A stretch of DNA of 64,000 nt, from NCBI RefSeq assembly GCF_022045235.1, contig NW_027266297.1, forward strand, positions 25,916,001-25,980,000, read 5' to 3'. A program made the translations under genes and the position numbers. The notes under the pieces were generated by a model that saw nothing but the letters and a program-made list of their open reading frames with translations, did not search any database and was not told the DNA's origin. Positions within the stretch are counted from its first letter, which is position 1, and every line of letters starts with the position of its first letter. The DNA is from Haliotis cracherodii (Eukaryota). Shown here piece by piece: positions 59,771 through 64,000 of the stretch.

Positions 59771-61334
59771 TTTTGTGAACAAATGACTTTCGTAACAAGC
59801 ATTTCTTTTTAATTTATCAAATATTACACGTTGTGTTTAGGGAGCGGTCTATGATTAATCATGTGATTAAAGATGTGTCAATTAGTCATTGTATATGTGC
59901 AGTCTGGTACTTAGGCGTCGCTGCAATGTTACTTCCCCCAACAAGCGTTTCAAAGAATTACTACAGGTTTCTCCTCTCGCTTAGACATTGAGCCTTTCAA
60001 CGTCAATGGGAGTCTGCAGCGACTGAATCAATCTCGATTCCGGATGTAAATACACACACACATACACACAGTATTATAGTAATAGTATTCGTTGCTTTCA
60101 TTGGCTGACAACGAGGAAGTAAGGGTTGTGGCCTTCATCCGGAGGTCGAGGTCGTAAGCGAATACTTTGGCTGTTAAAAACAAGTGGCCACTGGCAGTAC
60201 AAGCCAGTCTCTCTACGTCACCCAACAGAGTAACGGGAGTCTGAAACAGCTGTTCATAGTCGTATTGTTTGTCATATATTGATACATAAGGTAAGTGTTT
60301 ATTTTAGCGTTCTTTAAATATTTTTATACTATTAGTTATAAATTTATTATAAATAATACAATTCTCATAATTACATGAGTATCATTAAAAATAATTTCAG
60401 TATTAATATATTCGTAGAATGCTCGTTTCAACATTTTCTATTTTTTTATGTAGATGTCGTAGGGGGTAGTATCAGTGAAGATATGGATTTCTACTTCTTT
60501 AATCTGTCAAAGGGACGTTCCGATAGAGGTGTTTGATAAAGGTACTGAGGTACTAGCACATGAAGCGAAAACGTCGCTTGATAGAATAAAATAATCGAAA
60601 TCCCGGAGCCAGCTCTGTCTGTGTTAGTTTCTTGCAATGTATAAACTGTGCACGTGATTGCAGGCTTTACAGAAAATATGACAGAAATGTTGTTTGTTTC
60701 GTCGCTCCCAGTGTTAGAGTAATTATTTACCTGGTGACACGCGACTCTCAGGTAACAGACACATGCCTCCACGAGGCCCAGCCCGGGGCAAATAGGCTGT
60801 AATATAGGGGCACATTTCAACCGTGACGGACATCTGTGACTAACACATCTAATAAATAACATGAAATACCAATCACGTCTACATCCTGTATTATGTAACA
60901 GGTTTTGGCTAATGGCTTATATATGAGTTGTATTTGGAATGATGATTTATTGAGTGCATATATGAATACCTTGATCTTTTAATTCATATGTCCTGCCAAT
61001 TTGAAACGAAAAACAATACACGTTAAAATATTTTTCTCACCTTGTAATTATGATCAGCAAATTACCTAACTTTGTCACTAATAACGAAAATACATTTTTT
61101 TTCGCACTTTTCTTGATTACATGGAATTCATTTCTAGGAAACAACAGCGGATAATGCACAAGCTGTCATTAGGGAAACATTTTCTTTGTTTCCTCAACTT
61201 TCGAACATAAACTGCCATGGGAGTACTCACACCAAAATTGGATTTGACCAAAATATTACAAACACTCGTCAAAACACTGCAAACTTAAGGTCCACATTAA
61301 CATCGCATAACCATTTCTTATTTCTTTTATTCTA

Positions 61335-61430
61335 TGGGTACAATGTGTTAAGCCCATTTCTGGTGTTCCCCGCCGTGATATTGCTGGAATATTGCTAAAA
61401 GCGGCGTAAAACCATACTCACTCACTCACT
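61335..61430 (+). mobile_element. SINE family A, 5'-truncated
   Basis: atgggtacaatgtg..gccgtgatattgctggaatattgctaaaagcggcgtaaaaccatactcactc. Confidence 0.85.
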
Positions 61431-61799
61431 TCATTCTAGCCACCAACGAAAATAGGTGACACTGTATAATTTCTTTTGGTAGGCAGTTTTTATAGATATT
61501 TTTTATTAAAAAATATCTGCCAGAGTATGACGGTTTGTGATATAGATATTTTACATTATTTAATATCCTACTCTTCAGGAATAAATTATACACATCGTAC
61601 TAGATGAACTTATCGATCATTTAAAAAGGAAATCGTTAATATTAAATAATATACCGAGGAACAAAAGAAAGTATACCGATTTTTTATGTAATGGAAAATT
61701 TTAACTTTTGTTAAATTTCATTATATCTATTTAACCATCTCTCATTCCTGCAACTGGTTGTAAAAAGTAATCTATAATGGATGGATAAGCTTTATATAG

Positions 61800-61813
61800 T
61801 GACATGCATGCAT

Positions 61814-61853
<40 letters not shown>

Positions 61854-62000
61854 AGAGATACCATGCCGCAGTTAAACATGAATACCCCACTCAGACACAA
61901 TACACTGACTCCGAGCCGACCAGTCCTTCTTTTAGCTCCTTAATGCCGAGCGCCAGGCAGTGTAACAACAAGTACCATTTTTGGACGAGTTTTGGTATGA
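61800..62000 (-). mobile_element. SINE family D fragment
   Basis: gagataccatgccgcag..ctgactccgagccgaccagtcc..aatgccgagcgccag..ttttggtatga. Confidence 0.8.
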
Positions 62001-62643
62001 TGATGTAAAAGATGTAATTTGGTGTATCAGCAATACGTGCTGTACATCACAGAGCCGTTAGATTTTATTTAGGACTTGGTAGCTATGCCCCTAATGTCGC
62101 AATAAATAGGGATGTGGGATGTATACCACCTATTGTCAGACAATGGAAAATGTAACAAGGCAATAGTGTCGCCTTAAGAATATGCTACATGTTAAACAAA
62201 CATATGTATAACTGGGCTAATAGGTGCGCTGTACGTAGTTATAAAAATTGGAATGGTAGGGCAAGAAAGAAGTTTAATACTATGGATTTTGGACACCATC
62301 ATTACCGTTAACAGGTATTATAGATACGTCTTTTGTGTGTTCATAGGTAGAAAAATGAAGTATGAATGAGTGTGTTACTTATTGGAATGATACGCTAAGA
62401 AAGGATGAGGGACGAAATGAGCTGACTAAATTGAGAGTCTGCCGATGTTACAAGCGAGTATATACGGCAGTTTATGCTTTAAATAAGAACCTATCACTCG
62501 GCACTATCCGAGTTTAAGTGTGGCGTGATTCCGGTCACCGGTCGGTATGAGGCATACCTGTCCACAATAGCCAGTGTTTTATCTATAATGACAGCGTTGA
62601 AGATGAGGTTCGTATTTGTTTCTCTACGTCTTTTTGACGATAT

Positions 62644-63265
62644 CTACGGTGGCCCATAAGGGACATGGCGTCTGTTTTTCCATATTTTAATATTTCACCT
62701 ACTTTTATCGTTACCTTTTGCAAATTAACACGTTTTGTCTTACAAATATGTGATAAATCATGTGTAAAGAAGATATTGAATCGCTGAAAAGTGAAACGAA
62801 AATGTCAAAAACTAAAATGAAAATGTAAAAAAAAAAACACGAAAATGTCAAAAACTAAAATGAAAATACAGAAAACTATTTCCACCGCGGTGATAATATT
62901 TCTACCGCGGTGAAAACTATTTCTACCGCGGTGATAATATTTCTACCGCGGTGAAAACTATTTACACCGCGGTGGAAATAGTTTTCTGTATTTTCATTTT
63001 AGTTTTTGACATTTTCGCTTTTGTTTTTGACATTTTCGTTTTGGTTTTTGACATTTCCATTTTAGTTTTTGACATTTTCACTTCACATTTCAGCGACTCA
63101 ATAGCTACTTGAAAGTACATTTTCCATGTTTTCAGTTGTTTTCATACATGATTTATCACATATTTGTATGGCAAATCCTGTTAATTTGCAAAAGGTTACG
63201 ATAACAGTACGTGAAATATCAAAATATGGATAAACAGACTCCATGTCCCTTATGGGCCACCGTAG
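62644..63265. mobile_element. Foldback-type MITE, ~620-bp near-palindrome
   Basis: ctacggtggcccataagggacatgg ... ccatgtcccttatgggccaccgtag. The inverted arms contain gaaaatgtcaaaaac subrepeats around a central (accgcggt) array. Confidence 0.9.
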
Positions 63266-64000
63266 ATATCAGATCAATTCATTTTAATGAATGCATTGTT
63301 AAGTCCCAGAATATTTTAGATGAACCTGATATCGAAAAAAACTTTGTTTTACATTTAGTGATGCCAGTGCGTGTTTTTTGCTTGCCAAATTCTGCCTGTT
63401 AATACTTAAATATTGAAGAAATCATCTATTATGTTGACAACGTTTTATCATCTTTACATCATATCGTACGGATTTTAGGATAATTTGTTTCTCACAATTC
63501 TATTGAAGGTTTCTGTACATTTTATCCAGGTGTATTGTACAAAGTAACTTTATGTACGTACTGAAGTGGGACAATAAAAAAAATCATCAAGATAAATGAT
63601 AGGAAAAAAAGTAATTCCGTCATTACCAAGTGGTGTTTAACTAACAATTCAGTTAGTTAGACCACGGTCAAAGACAAAGGAGTCATGGTATATAAATAGA
63701 TAATTCATATTGAAATACATAACAAGTAATGGTGAATTTTGCTAATATTTTCTCCACAGCACAGTACCATGTTTTATTCAAGATCACGCACTGGGCATAA
63801 ATAATTCCTTATGCACAATTGTGATATTCAGACCTAATGTACGGGCGGACTATTCAGGTATAAGGCTGATTGTTCACCGTCATAAACTTTCAAAGGCAAT
63901 ATATACTTGGTTCAGTCAGGATGTGGGGCACTAGTTATTGTTAGATTAGCAGGAAGAAAGAAACCTCTATTCAGACATAAATTTCAGTCGCGATGTTTTG

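Overview
Eukaryotic, AT-rich, repeat-dense genomic DNA. The SINE repertoire and receptor type suggest a gastropod mollusc such as abalone (inference). It has two assembly gaps (41514-41613, 59633-59770). The first half holds a cluster of four single-ORF class A (rhodopsin-like) GPCR paralogs (+,+,-,+). They have very long, divergent third intracellular loops and several altered class A motifs: no TM3 Cys, no TM4/TM6 Trp, and NCFLY instead of NPxxY. At ~49.5-55.0 kb on the minus strand is an intact-looking tyrosine-recombinase retrotransposon (Ngaro/DIRS order) with gag, RT-RNase H, YR and SGNH-hydrolase ORFs. Splice signals in it predict an in-frame Gag-SGNH fusion mRNA that skips RT and YR, which is the most novel candidate here. 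The remainder is four retroposon (SINE-like) families sharing one 3' tail, a split Tc1 relic, several MITE, foldback and hairpin-ended DNA elements, and large minisatellites. There are no CRISPR arrays, rRNA or convincing tRNA genes.
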